Source: Takakia lepidozioides (Eukaryota; Plantae; Bryophyta). From it: a stretch of DNA of 64,000 bases. The position numbers and the translations under genes are program-made. Where the stretch lies: NCBI GenBank assembly GCA_030704615.1, contig CM060733.1:33170001-33234000 (forward strand), given 5' to 3'. Positions 27,130 through 38,900 of this stretch are shown piece by piece (position 1 is the first letter of the stretch; every line of letters begins with the position of its first letter). The notes beneath the pieces are model-generated. The model was not told the DNA's origin. It did not search any database and saw only the letters and a program-made list of their open reading frames with translations.

Positions 27130-27660
27130 CCTATATGATATAGATATTTGTATGTAGCTTGCTGGTAAAATGGTGGCTATGTAGGATTCAAAAAATGAGA
27201 AAGAAAGCATGGAGCAGGTTGGGATATCGCGACAGCCTATTGATCTCCTAAATAGACCAACCACACCAGTTATGGTGTTATTAAACTTATTCTCAAAATC
27301 TAGAGGACAATTTAAATTCAAATATGATCATACCGACAACAAGTGAGTAGATGTAGACTCAATTATTAGTTCAGTCACTATGACTTTCGATACAGCACAA
27401 AACGTTTATACTTTGAATGCTGATGATGCGAATGCTTTAAATGAATTTATTTCAACCAAATAATGAATTCATTTGTCTTGTAAAAACAAAATTTATTGTA
27501 TTATTAATATAGGGTGTCTAGTATTTGTTTGAAACAAAAAATTATAATTAAAATAGTATGCCAAAAATTCACCATATTACAAAATTATGTAATTATAGGG
27601 TACTAAAAAATACCCAAAGTAAAAGTAATACCCCCCTACAAAATACCCATTTATCTCACG
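27130..27660 (+). mobile_element. Putative DNA transposon 3' remnant (C-terminal ORF piece plus AT-rich end)
   Basis: Interrupted frame MVLLNLFSKSRGQFKFKYDHTDNK*VDVDSIISSVTMTF ending at 27462; family not assigned. Confidence 0.3.
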
Positions 27661-27874
27661 TGACCTATACAAGTGATAGGGAGTGACCTCCCCGGGTTTT
27701 TGCCGAAGATGTTGGCCTTAACAAAAAAGATAGGAGACGGCATTTGTTCTCCCTTTGCTGACTCTGAGATACGATAGTATGTGTTCCTATAGTATAACGT
27801 TGTTGGCGACAATGTATGGAACATCTTCGTTTCAGCAGCAATAGCATCCAAGCATGTCCATGTGTGAGTTTACT

Positions 27875-28090
27875 GAAGGTCAAAAAATGTAATATCCACC
27901 TCAGTTAGGAACCGCCAGACATGAAAAGAAAAAACAACCTCTGCTGGGTGAGAATCGATTATTTTGAATTTTTTTTTTCATGTTTGATTTGATTTTGAAC
28001 TTGCTGCCCAAAGAAGCAAGTTATGAACCACTTTATCCGGCTTTTAGTTATAGTCCAGATAACAACTGGTTATCAGGTTCACACATAGAC
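27875..28090. repeat. Left arm of a long imperfect inverted repeat (partner 33230-33435)
   Basis: ggtcaaaaaatgtaatatccacctcagttaggaaccgccaga and aagaagcaagttatgaacc...tatccggc recur reverse-complemented near 33388-33431 and 33268-33300. Confidence 0.75.
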
Positions 28091-28430
28091 GAAAATGAAG
28101 TAGAGCAATGACAATTTATAATGCAAGCATCAAATGAGGGTGTTGCAGTTGCTCAAACCCGATCTACACGATGTCATCACACACACACACACACGGGGGG
28201 TTGGGATCGCCGAGGGTTTGAGGCGAAATCTAACCTTTGTTCAACATTAGTACAAACCCTAGAAAGAAATACACCCCATTTTTATTTTTTATAATGATCA
28301 AAAGATGAAAATAAAAATAAAATAAACAATAAATATTGTTCCATCATCCGGCAAATGGACTGTATACTTATGACCTATATTTTTGAGGAAATGAAAAGAT
28401 GAAGTACAAGAAATTTGTCAGCCATCATTC

Positions 28431-31163
28431 TTAGCAATGATTGCTAGAAAATCCAATTTTATTCTGAGGCAAATCGAACAGAACTTGCATACGTTGTTGT
28501 TGCCAAGCGCCAAGAACACTCACTTTTGCTTTACTGAGGAAGCTGAAAGCTAAACAGATTTCTCCAAATTGGTCATCTCCCTCAAAGAACACAGTTTTTT
28601 CTTTACTCAAACGCCAAACCAACTCTTTTTTACCGTCGTCAAACACGAATGTCACAGTCGGAACGTCGGGAAGAGGCATGTTAGGTTCCACATTCCAACA
28701 CGTGTCAAAATAGATATATGTGAGTTGGGCAGAATGAGGTGGGCCTTGAGGCCCATTAGATAATCGCGATGCTTTATCAATAAATGCGGCCTTGAATGGC
28801 AAATATGCTTCTGTAGTGAGGGTTGTGTACGAAGTGCCGCTGTCGATTATCACACCTCCTTCACCTTCCTCGTCGATGTCAAAGATGCCAAGAGGCATAT
28901 TAGGCACTTCTTCCTCATTCACTAGAATTTTCGTGAGAGGAATGTAGTATGTACTTGTGACATCAGCCCCTTGTTGAGGCATTTGCACAAAGATGGCGTC
29001 TTGAACTGCAATGTATTGCAGAGAAGAACTTTGTCAAGATGATGTCTATATGTTATACAAAACAGAATTATGGCCATAAAAGAAGTACGAGTTAGAATGC
29101 TAATGTGGAATGTTTCTTTTTTCTGTACGTTTCAAGACAAAATTGCGACTCGTATATTTGTGATATAAAGATGAAAGACTCTTTGTCAAAGCAAGTGCAA
29201 CATTTGGTGTCCCTCCACTGACTATTGCCTTCAGTTTGCAAAGTTGACATCTTCTAACGGCCGAAACCGAGGGGACGCGGTTGCCCTCCCTTTGCCAGCT
29301 ATGACTAAAAAACCCAAATGTACCCACATTCTGTTTCTACTAGTTGATCCAGATACCTCATTTGTAGCTAAATTGCCCATAATATGTGATATCCAACATA
29401 TTGTACCTATGTGGATCTAAACGCATGACCACTTGTAAAGACGGCCTAGTGGCCCTAATCCTTTGGACCATGATCTGTTGCATGCTTGTTTCAAATAGAC
29501 AGTTACATGAAATGAAAAATGTATATACAATATTCATGATCTCCAGAACAACTTGACAACTTCACAAGAGGAGGAATTGAACGTACATAAGTCTATGGAC
29601 GAGGCACCAAAGAGCAAGAGTCCGTCTTCTTGCCCTTGGGCCTTTGGCAAACAATATGAGAATTGTTTGCTGATTTGTGGACCATTAAGGGCGATTTGGT
29701 CTGGCATGGAGAACTCAGATCTCCCTCCACCTCCAAGGCCCAAGATGCCGGCGGCCAACGCATTCATGGTTAGCGTTTGCTCATGCCCTAGACCAATCAT
29801 AATATCTACAAAATAAACAACATTACAAATATATTAAATGGAAAATACTAAGAGAAATATAAGCACTTAATGCACACTTGTAATTCTCTGACATGACGCT
29901 AAGCCAATTTCTAGCATGTCAAATCTTTTTTGTCCGCTCTCAAGAGTGACATTGAACTGAAAGGACTGTAACTCTACTTGGTGTAACTCCCACTTGGATT
30001 CACAATTTGATTAAGTCCAAATTTGGCTAAGTATAAAATGCACTAAGAGGAGTTACACAAGACATAGGAGTTTGACTCCATCCCACAACCTCTACCGCCA
30101 TCACCATACCGACATGCTACTCACCATTGCTTAACAACCTCTATCAATGGGTAAAGATATTACATGCCAAAAGCATTTCAAAAACAAGAAGAGTCATCAA
30201 GCATGTATACTTGGAATGGTGGTTTGAACTCCATATTGATTAGTCAATTGAATGACCTCCGTAGCAAGCCGACCCAAGCTGTACTCATCGTTGGCTTCTT
30301 GTATGTACTCGTTGTACTCCTCTCGATCATTTTGGCCATACCCATATTTGTATAGACAATTGCAATTGTTCTCTAGGTCACAACCATGAAAGTTACCATT
30401 TGCAAATAACTTAAGACATTCAATGTCACAACACGAAATATCTTTTGAGGTAGGCGAGGCCAAAGATAAATAATGAGTTGATTCTTGTGGTTGACAAAAC
30501 TGCACACAACCAAAATAAAATGCTAATTAATGTCATCATATTTGTCTTTAATAGTCCTTGAAAAAAGGAGTGTACACTCACGTCAAAAACACATTCCATA
30601 TCTAATACATGTCAACACATGATACGCCTTTCCAAAATATTGAATGAGACGGATGTACTCACATCACATGGGTAGGCTTGGATCCAAGTCAAGTCGCTGC
30701 CGGTGTCTAGGAATACATACTGGGAGACTATACCTGGAGCTGTGCCCACTTTAATGGTTGTAAAATAATCTAATTGTGTGCCGTATACTATTTGCGCCTG
30801 GGTCGCGAAGACCAACACTGTCTCTTTCAAGTTCCGGCTAGGAGCCTTGTTGCGCATGGAAGGGCCCAACGTTGCAGCATTATGCCGAGCCCTCCTAGCT
30901 GCACGCACACAAGCCTCATCGTCTTTGCCGCAATGAGTGGGTCTCAAAGGGGAGTGGGGCGAGTCAACGTGGGTGAGTGCAAGAGACACACCATGTTGGG
31001 TGGCATTGGTCTCAACCAACGGCCTGTATACTATATCATTGAGCACAAACTTGTGCTTTGTCCCATGGCTGACGTAGTCGTTGGTGACGCCCGATGAGTT
31101 GACTCGCAGTAATACAAGAAGAAAGAGGCAGCTGATGTAGAGCGCACACAGCTGTGCATCCAT
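28431..31163 (-). CDS. Secreted A1 (nepenthesin/atypical-type) aspartic protease; exons 31163-30663, 30499-30211, 29805-29587, 29005-28431 (527 aa)
   Basis: Signal peptide, LTHVDSPHSP propeptide, catalytic LDTGS and IDSGT, FSYCL, VLGAWQQQ; junction phases consistent (1584 nt). Confidence 0.9.
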
Positions 31164-31905
31164 TGCTTGTTTGTTGAGTGTTGCCGAAACATACTCATAC
31201 TTTGACAAGTAGCTTGGTAGTTATATAGACTAGGCCTAGGAACTACCGTAGTACCTTGGCAATTTTGACACAAATTTTAATATTTCAAAGATTATTGAAA
31301 ATTTTGGACATTGATTTTGTGAAATTAAATAACTTTGCGAATGATAATAAAACATCTTTGGGAATATTCCATATGTTGAAATGAAACTCTCAAAATAAAA
31401 TAAATATTCGACTGATTGTCAATCTTGCCAAGGTGGTACGGTATCACCCCCACTGATGTGGATTTTCTTCCACGACATTGCAATATTGCCAACGTAGAAT
31501 ACAATCATCTATAGATGGTGATGTTGCTTGCTTTATTTGACGGTTCTGGGGTTTTGGAGCTTTTCCGTTTTTGATATCATGCCGGTTCGCAACAAATACA
31601 AATTTTAACCCTATGCGGTTATGGACAAATGGAGTTTATGTGAGGATGGCATCCGACGGTTCAGTATCCGGTTATCAAACAAATCCAAGCTTATTTTATT
31701 AAAATAACCCAAACTTAAAAATCTAATGTATTGAAAATACTAATAAAAATAGTTACAATTATAGGGTAGAACGGAAAAGAGTGTTATTAGGAGATTTTCT
31801 ATTGTAAGTAATGCAGAAAATACAAGAGTTCAGTCAACTCTCACAAAATGGGATGCATCATAAAAGATGAAGTTATAAATATGCGTGCCTCTTCGAATGA
31901 AGATA

Positions 31906-33200
31906 CCGTACTTACCTAGCTTACTAGGCAATAATTAATTCAAATTCAAGTGCCTAACTAAATTTAGAACATTTTTGAAAAATGTGCCTAAAACTTGGAA
32001 AAAAATCCTGAGAAGTGTCTAATTGCTCGAATTCTATTTTCACAATCATTATATTTTTTTAAAAAGAAAATTACCTCAAGATAGGGCGACTGTAATACAT
32101 GCTTAACCCCTAATGGACGAGTCAACCTGAATCGGGTCGATTGAAAATTTCGAATGGATGAGGGATGAACTCGGATGAAATCAAGCCCTGAATGAAAAAT
32201 GTAGGAAATTTAATTCTGTGCCCCGGTGTGTCGATGGCACCCTAAAAATCCTAAAGGACAGCCGTCAGGATTTTTTTGGAGTGCATGGGGGTACCCAAAA
32301 TCATGTGGTTTGGGGCCTCCAGCAGGGTTGACTTTACCACGTGGCAGGTAGATGGGATTGGGTCTCGGCATTTGCCGGCGACGGGTATCAACGGGGCCCC
32401 ACTAAAAACGAGCCCACACAAAACAGCACCCGTGACTTCATCAGTTTTGATGATGTGCCCTTTTTGGCCGGAATTATCTACCAGCTTAGGCAATACTTGG
32501 CCCGAGCTGGGATTTAAGTAGGAATTGAAATTTTTGCCTGCAGTTTGGTTAGAATTCAGAAATTCTTTTTGGAGGTAGTAGGAAATCAATCAAGGAACAA
32601 TTCCACTATTGCAATTGTGGTTACAACTCCAATTTGGACCCCTATGGCTGAATTACAGGTTAGTTGAGCTAAATGGTGTTTTTTGACCCCCCTGTTTTCC
32701 CATACAAAGCAACCCTATGCAGATTTAGGAATTCTGCTTTGCAAATTTGGGGCAACATGCTTTCGGTGCCTCTGAATTGGAATGTGGGTGGGGTCTTGCA
32801 AGGAAAAAATATTTTCTCGGAAAAATTGCCTGGTCAAACTATTTTTTCCCTCTAAAATTGGAGTATACTACAGATTTAGGGCTTACCATTTTGTTATAAT
32901 CTTCCTAATGACACGGTGAAATGGGCTGGAATTCTTACAGCAGGTGCATGACTTAGGTAGCCTTCCTTTCATACGGTTCATCCCTGTGGATGTTTGTTAG
33001 CTGGGAGATATACCCTCATCCGTGAGGTATGTGCTGTTTTGGAGTGGGCCCACCAAAAACTGCCTCGTCCATTAGGGGTTAATGTTTGGAAATTACCTAG
33101 GTGAGGTGCCTAAATAATAAAAACGAATCTGCCTAATAATATTCCATTTTAATTAATTATTAGGCGCGGACTTAGTGCCTAATAAGCTACGTAAGTATGG
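31906..33200. mobile_element. Tc1/mariner-like MITE with ~25-bp TIRs
   Basis: ccgtacttacctagcttactaggca ... tgcctaataagctacgtaagtatgg; left flank TA, right flank AA. Confidence 0.65.
32107..33078. mobile_element. piggyBac-like non-autonomous element, TTAA-flanked, nested in the MITE
   Basis: TTAA|CCCCTAATGGACGAG ... CTCGTCCATTAGGGG|TTAA: perfect 15-bp TIR. Confidence 0.75.
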
Positions 33201-33229
33201 AATGGCCAGTTCATGACTATGACCCGCCT

Positions 33230-33435
33230 CGTTTATGTCAAGTGAACAGAATAATTGGATATTCTCCTGCCGGATATATGGGTTCATAACCTGCTTCTTC
33301 TAGACCACCAGTTTCGGTTCGAATAGAAAAAAAAAAAAAATACAAACCCACCAGTTCTCAACTGGATCCGGTTATCCCATCTCTTAAAATCTGGCGGTTC
33401 TTAACAGAGGTGGATATTTGATTTTTTGACCTCCG
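33230..33435. repeat. Right arm of the inverted repeat flanking the aspartic protease
   Basis: Reverse-complement similarity to 27875-28090. Confidence 0.75.
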
Positions 33436-35973
33436 ACATATCCATATATATATATATGAATTTTTCCCACAAAATTAAATATTTCAATGGTCATTGTATG
33501 CATGAGGGATTCCACATGGGCTTGCCAAATTCCAAAGCATTCCAAGAATTTGGCAAGTCCAAATTTTGTTTTAGTGATTCTGAGTCTCATTCCAACTTAG
33601 GCATTATGTTGCAAAAGTTCCAGCCATCACGTGAAGTGCATGGGGGGGGGGGTACTTTTGAGATAGCTTGAGGATTTCTTTTAGACTATTGTGGCGGTGT
33701 GCTCCCCCTTGACCCAGTAGTGATGATAATCAAAGGGGCGGTGTTCCATCTACGTTGACGAAGGGTCAAAATGAGCAACTCATATTTTTCACGTTTTACA
33801 TAATTGATTGATCTGGGTACATATCATGGAAAAATTTAAATTCTATGATATGAATGGTAAGGGAAGGGAGTGGTCCCGCTAGTACCGGCGGCGAGATAGG
33901 GAGTCCATGGACAAACAAATATCATAGCATAGCCATGCCAGACATCGGCATGGGCGGCATGGGTAATTAAAGCATTTGCATGGTAGGAGCCATGAGGGTA
34001 TCGTGTGGTCTGATGGTCTATCTTAGAATGTGATAAGGTTGAACCATCTAGATTTAGGATATGACATAAGGAACTTTTGAAGCTGCCAAACCCCTTGGTT
34101 ATGTGGAGTCCATGAATTATGGGGTGCTTATGTAGTGAGAAGAAGATGCGGCCATGTGTCTACTTGAGTGGGCTGTGTATGGCATAATATGCAATGTTTG
34201 TTATGATATGATAAAGGCCGATACATGGTTGCACAAAGCCACATATTGGAGCCAGGTACTCTTTAGGACTTTCTTTGCTTGAAATTTTGGAAATTTCTTC
34301 CCAGGCATGGACTCTAACCCAGGCATATGTATCCTTGCAGATTGAAGCTCGTGCAAACAAGGTGCTGGAGAAACAACCTCAGTAAGTACCCTGCCTTCAT
34401 CGACTTGTGGTCTGACTCCTCTAACAACCAGACCACGTACACGGTAGACATCCTCAGGGACTATGGGAGATATCACTTGAAGGACTGCTGCTGGTATCTT
34501 GACATTCCCAAATCAGATTGCCCCTAGTATGAGTTGCAGACACGGAACTAGAACGACAATGCGGAGTCGTTGGCCTCTCTAACTGACAAGGAATTGCGTG
34601 AGAGGAATCTGCGGAACCTCGCTGAGAAAGAACCTGCAGCCAACAAAACCCCTGCGAGAGGGAAGGGAAAGAAAAGGGTACAAAGGACAAAGGGAAGGAG
34701 AAGGCCACCCAAAGGGAGGTTGCGGGGGGTGAGGCAGTGCAGACCCCAATTGCAAACAAGGAACGAAAACGCAAGAGAAAGTTTGAGCCATACGACGCAG
34801 TGGAGCACCCATCCAGAGTCTAGCGAGAATGTAAATGCGAGCTTGTCAATGATTCATTCCTTGCCATGACGCCCACCAGCCCAAAACGGGCCATTTCAAA
34901 ACGAAAAAACTGAATAACTTTTTGGGATTTTATTATTTTGGGCTGAAATTTGGCCAAGTTTTATTTGACCAGGTGTAGGGCCTAGATCCGGGTTCGATTG
35001 AACCCGATCTGAGATTTATTTTAGGGTTTTGGGCTGGCAAAGAGAGGGGGCTTGGCTCCCGCCCAACATCTGCGCGGTCCTGCGTTTTCTCCTCTCTCGC
35101 ACAGCTCGCAAGCTCGTGCTCCTACATGACTTGGTGCCCAGTCCATTGACCATTTCCCCTGCTCTGAGATCTCACCCAATTCCCCTGATCTATAGCTCGT
35201 TGGAACGCCTGTCTTGCAAGTATAGAACACGTAAAACCTCAGGCTGAATGGATGTCATCCTGATATTGAAAAACCAAAAAAAACTTCCTTGGAATTGGAA
35301 AAAGAAAAAATCAATTTGCCCAAATTCGCAACTGTGGCATTTCGCCAGATCAACGTTGATTGGCCTGAAATTTGGCCAGTAACCTTGTCAAGTAAGTAAC
35401 CGAACAAAATGTCCGTCAAAATTGAAAAATTACTTTTTTCCTTCAAGTTACCACTGGATTTCCGCGCAGGGGTCTCTTTTTGGGAAAAAGTGAACTCTGG
35501 CTGGTGGGCGTTTAAGGGCTAATCTGATAGTGGGCAACTCAGTAACGTAGTGAAGATAGAAGACTCCAAATAGCTTTATGTGTTGTATTTAGCTAAATTG
35601 AGGCAGATGGACCATGGCACAAAGGGGGATAAGACATAAGACCCGGTGCCGGGTGGCCATAGGATTTCAAGTTATTTGTCTCTAATTTTCAGAAACCGTT
35701 TAATAGTAGAATTTCAATTTATCTGTCTCAGTTTAAAGCCGTTGGATAGTAATCATCCCGTGAACGGCCGGTGGACACTAAAAATCAGATGATGCAAGCC
35801 CAAGTATAAACGAGAGACTCTGATTTGGAAGTGTTCAGCATCAAAATACGGTCTCATTTCATCCTATTTTTGTCATGTCATTTCTCCAGCATGTCTGCAG
35901 ACTTCCAATGAGAGAAGCAACTTTGAACTGGGACTTATGGATCACAAGTTCAGCATGAATGTGTCACATAAAG

Positions 35974-38900
35974 CTAACGTTTGGAGTTCTTTGTGTTGGC
36001 AATTTTCTGTTTTCTCCTCTTCAGTGCTTTGGGCACTTTGACCTTGCGTGCCTCTCTTTTCTCTTCCTTCACTTTCTTTTTGTGTTCCTTCCTTGCTAAC
36101 CGGGCACTCTCCTTTGCATCACCATTCAACCCTCCAACACTATCCCCAACTTCATGTTCACTACTACTCTCACCATCGCTGCTTCCTGAACTGCCTTCAT
36201 CCTCCTCCGCCTCCCTTGTGGTGTCTGCTGATTCTGAAGACCTCAGCTCCGTCATAACTCCAAGAGCACTCTCTTCAGTTTGATGAGTTGTATTGGCAGG
36301 GCTAGTGATCTCTTCCAACAAAGACGGCACTTGACGCACTCCTGACAAATCCTCCTTAAGCCCAGTGATGGTTTGGTAATAGATACCCTCAGTATCTTTG
36401 CCACTTGCGATCCGCTGCATGTCACCCTCGTAGTCTTTGACTTGATCCAATGTCTTGGGAATAAATGACTGACAAGCAAGTAATGAGTAAATGTTAAGTC
36501 CAGGTGGCCTTCACCATCACAGCAAATTGTCATTTCTCAATCTCTCAGATCCTCGCCTGAGTTCACTAACAAATTAAAAGCTCTACTTGGTACCTATTCT
36601 CATCTTATGACTAAAATTCTTTCACCATTGTATGACAATACATTGGAATCCTGTCACTACCACAAAAGTGAATGACCTGAATGGAAGAAGAAAGCCACAC
36701 TTCTGGGAACAAACCTGAATAAAAACAGCCTCCGCCACCTGCTCTTCAACTGTGGGCTCGTGCGCCCGGCCCCTGATCCTCTCCTGCATCTGAATGACAG
36801 TGGGCACCACATAAGTGAACGTACCACGCCTGACGACATTAGTGTCCTGTATGGTAGCTGGTCAGCCACAAGACCAGCTACAGATTTCTGCAGAACTGAG
36901 GAGGCAATCCCTATGGACGACAATTTCTCGACACTAAACCTACTCACGCGAAGGGCAAGACAGGCGTGTACCTTTTCAAGATATTCGTCCACTTGGTCAT
37001 CAGTGAGTGAAGGTTCCACAACAAAGTCAAAAAGCTCCCTCACACTCATGGGTGAAACCCCATTCTTTCTGAAAAAGTCCTGCAGTTGACATACATTGGT
37101 TAGAGAGTACCCCACATTTCAGAAAAAGGATAAATCAAAGGCTACTGAGGGGTGGGTGCAGCCAGACGTACTGTGACATGCAGGCAATCCTCCCTCAGAA
37201 AGTCCAAGGCCCGTGGATGATCTAACTCCACTGACTGTGATACGTCGATGATGTAGAGATGACCCTGTCATGGAGAGACACTGAACTTGGTGAGCCACAT
37301 TGATTTCTCATGTCATTTGAGTCAGGGTACGAAAGGGGAGGAGGGAGAAGGGAAGCATTCCCAAGATTTCCAGACACGGAAAAATGGGCCATATCCTAAA
37401 GACATACATGTTCAACTTTAGCTCTAGGTTGTTGGGCACCCTTGCTAGAAAGTACTGGGAGGTCAAAAGTGATACACATCCACAGTAAAGGTATCATGTC
37501 ATGAGGCACATATCCTGATAGACAGACTAAAGGGTTACAAGTTAAATTCAGAACTGCAGAAGAAAGTCTCAAGGAAACTGAACATTTAACTTGTCAAAAG
37601 CAGATAACTTCAAAAATTTGGGAAACCACCCTCACAACCTCATGGTAAAGAATGTTGTATTCACTCAAGTCACCATGGACTAGTTTACACTTCTGGTACA
37701 TTTTGCGCATTGTCACGACTATCTGCAATTCATCCACCCTCAATGTTTCCATTAGCCACACACATGACAACAAAAAACAGAGATGGTAGACGCCTCATAA
37801 AAGGATGGTCTTCACATTGGCTTCATTGCCTAATCTTGGCATTTGAACAGAAAGTATGAATCATCAATTGCACTCAATCTTGAGGGTCAAGTTGACTGCA
37901 GCGGTCCAATACAGGAAGATACAATTGAATCTGTATATTCAAATAGGATTGGAGGACCCATGGAGGCACGAGAATAACATTACCAACCTAGAAGGAGCCA
38001 TGAGCTGCTCATGCACAACTCTCTGATCATACAACTTGTAAACACAACTTCCGTTGTTATGCCCAAGCTCTTTTAAGCCTTCTGTACTCTCTCCACCCAG
38101 AATATCCCTTCTAATTCTTCATGGATGTTGGTGGGGCTTGTAGTTGAATTAATGGTTTATTGAAACACCACCTGCCTGTTTCAGCTACCAAGACTTTCTG
38201 GTCACAACATTAGCTAGGACTTTTTGCAGTAAACACCAGAATCAGCTGCTGGCTCCTATCACTTCAGCAGCAGACCAGTACCCATATAGATGGCAGTCTA
38301 AGGGGATCAGGTTGGATTGGCCTTGAGAGACCAGTTGTTTCACAAAACTGTAACTTGTAGGGTTGATGTGAAACTGCTGATTAGGTGAGACTACATGAAG
38401 CCTATATCTGACAGATCTTTCCAAGACAGTAGGAACCACACACAGATTCAAGGAAGTGCAAGAGAAGTAGTCTCTTTTAGTAAGAGTACTACTTTGGGTT
38501 CTGAGCCCTGCAGATCAATTCGTATTCATGTTCTCTGATCTGTAAAGGAAAATCAAGTTGCCCAGCTTTCCTGATTGTGACTACAGGGGATTCATGGCTG
38601 ATAAATTCCTTATATACGGTGTCACAAAAAGAAAACCAGATATTGTACTCCCTGTTGTGTCTTTATGCACTGTGTAATTTTCTTATCTTATGCTCAGAGT
38701 GTGGAGACAAAAGGAAGGGGACAAATACCTCAGCATAGCATTCATTCATCTTAGATTCTGTAAGTACGGCATCCTTCAGACGTGGTGCAGGCCAGCCCTC
38801 CATTCCTGTGACATGCCACAAAGGTACACAATCAGATGTCCCAGCCTTCGTGGATATCCCAGCCAATGTCAAATCGGCAGAAGGCTCAAAGCATGAGTGT

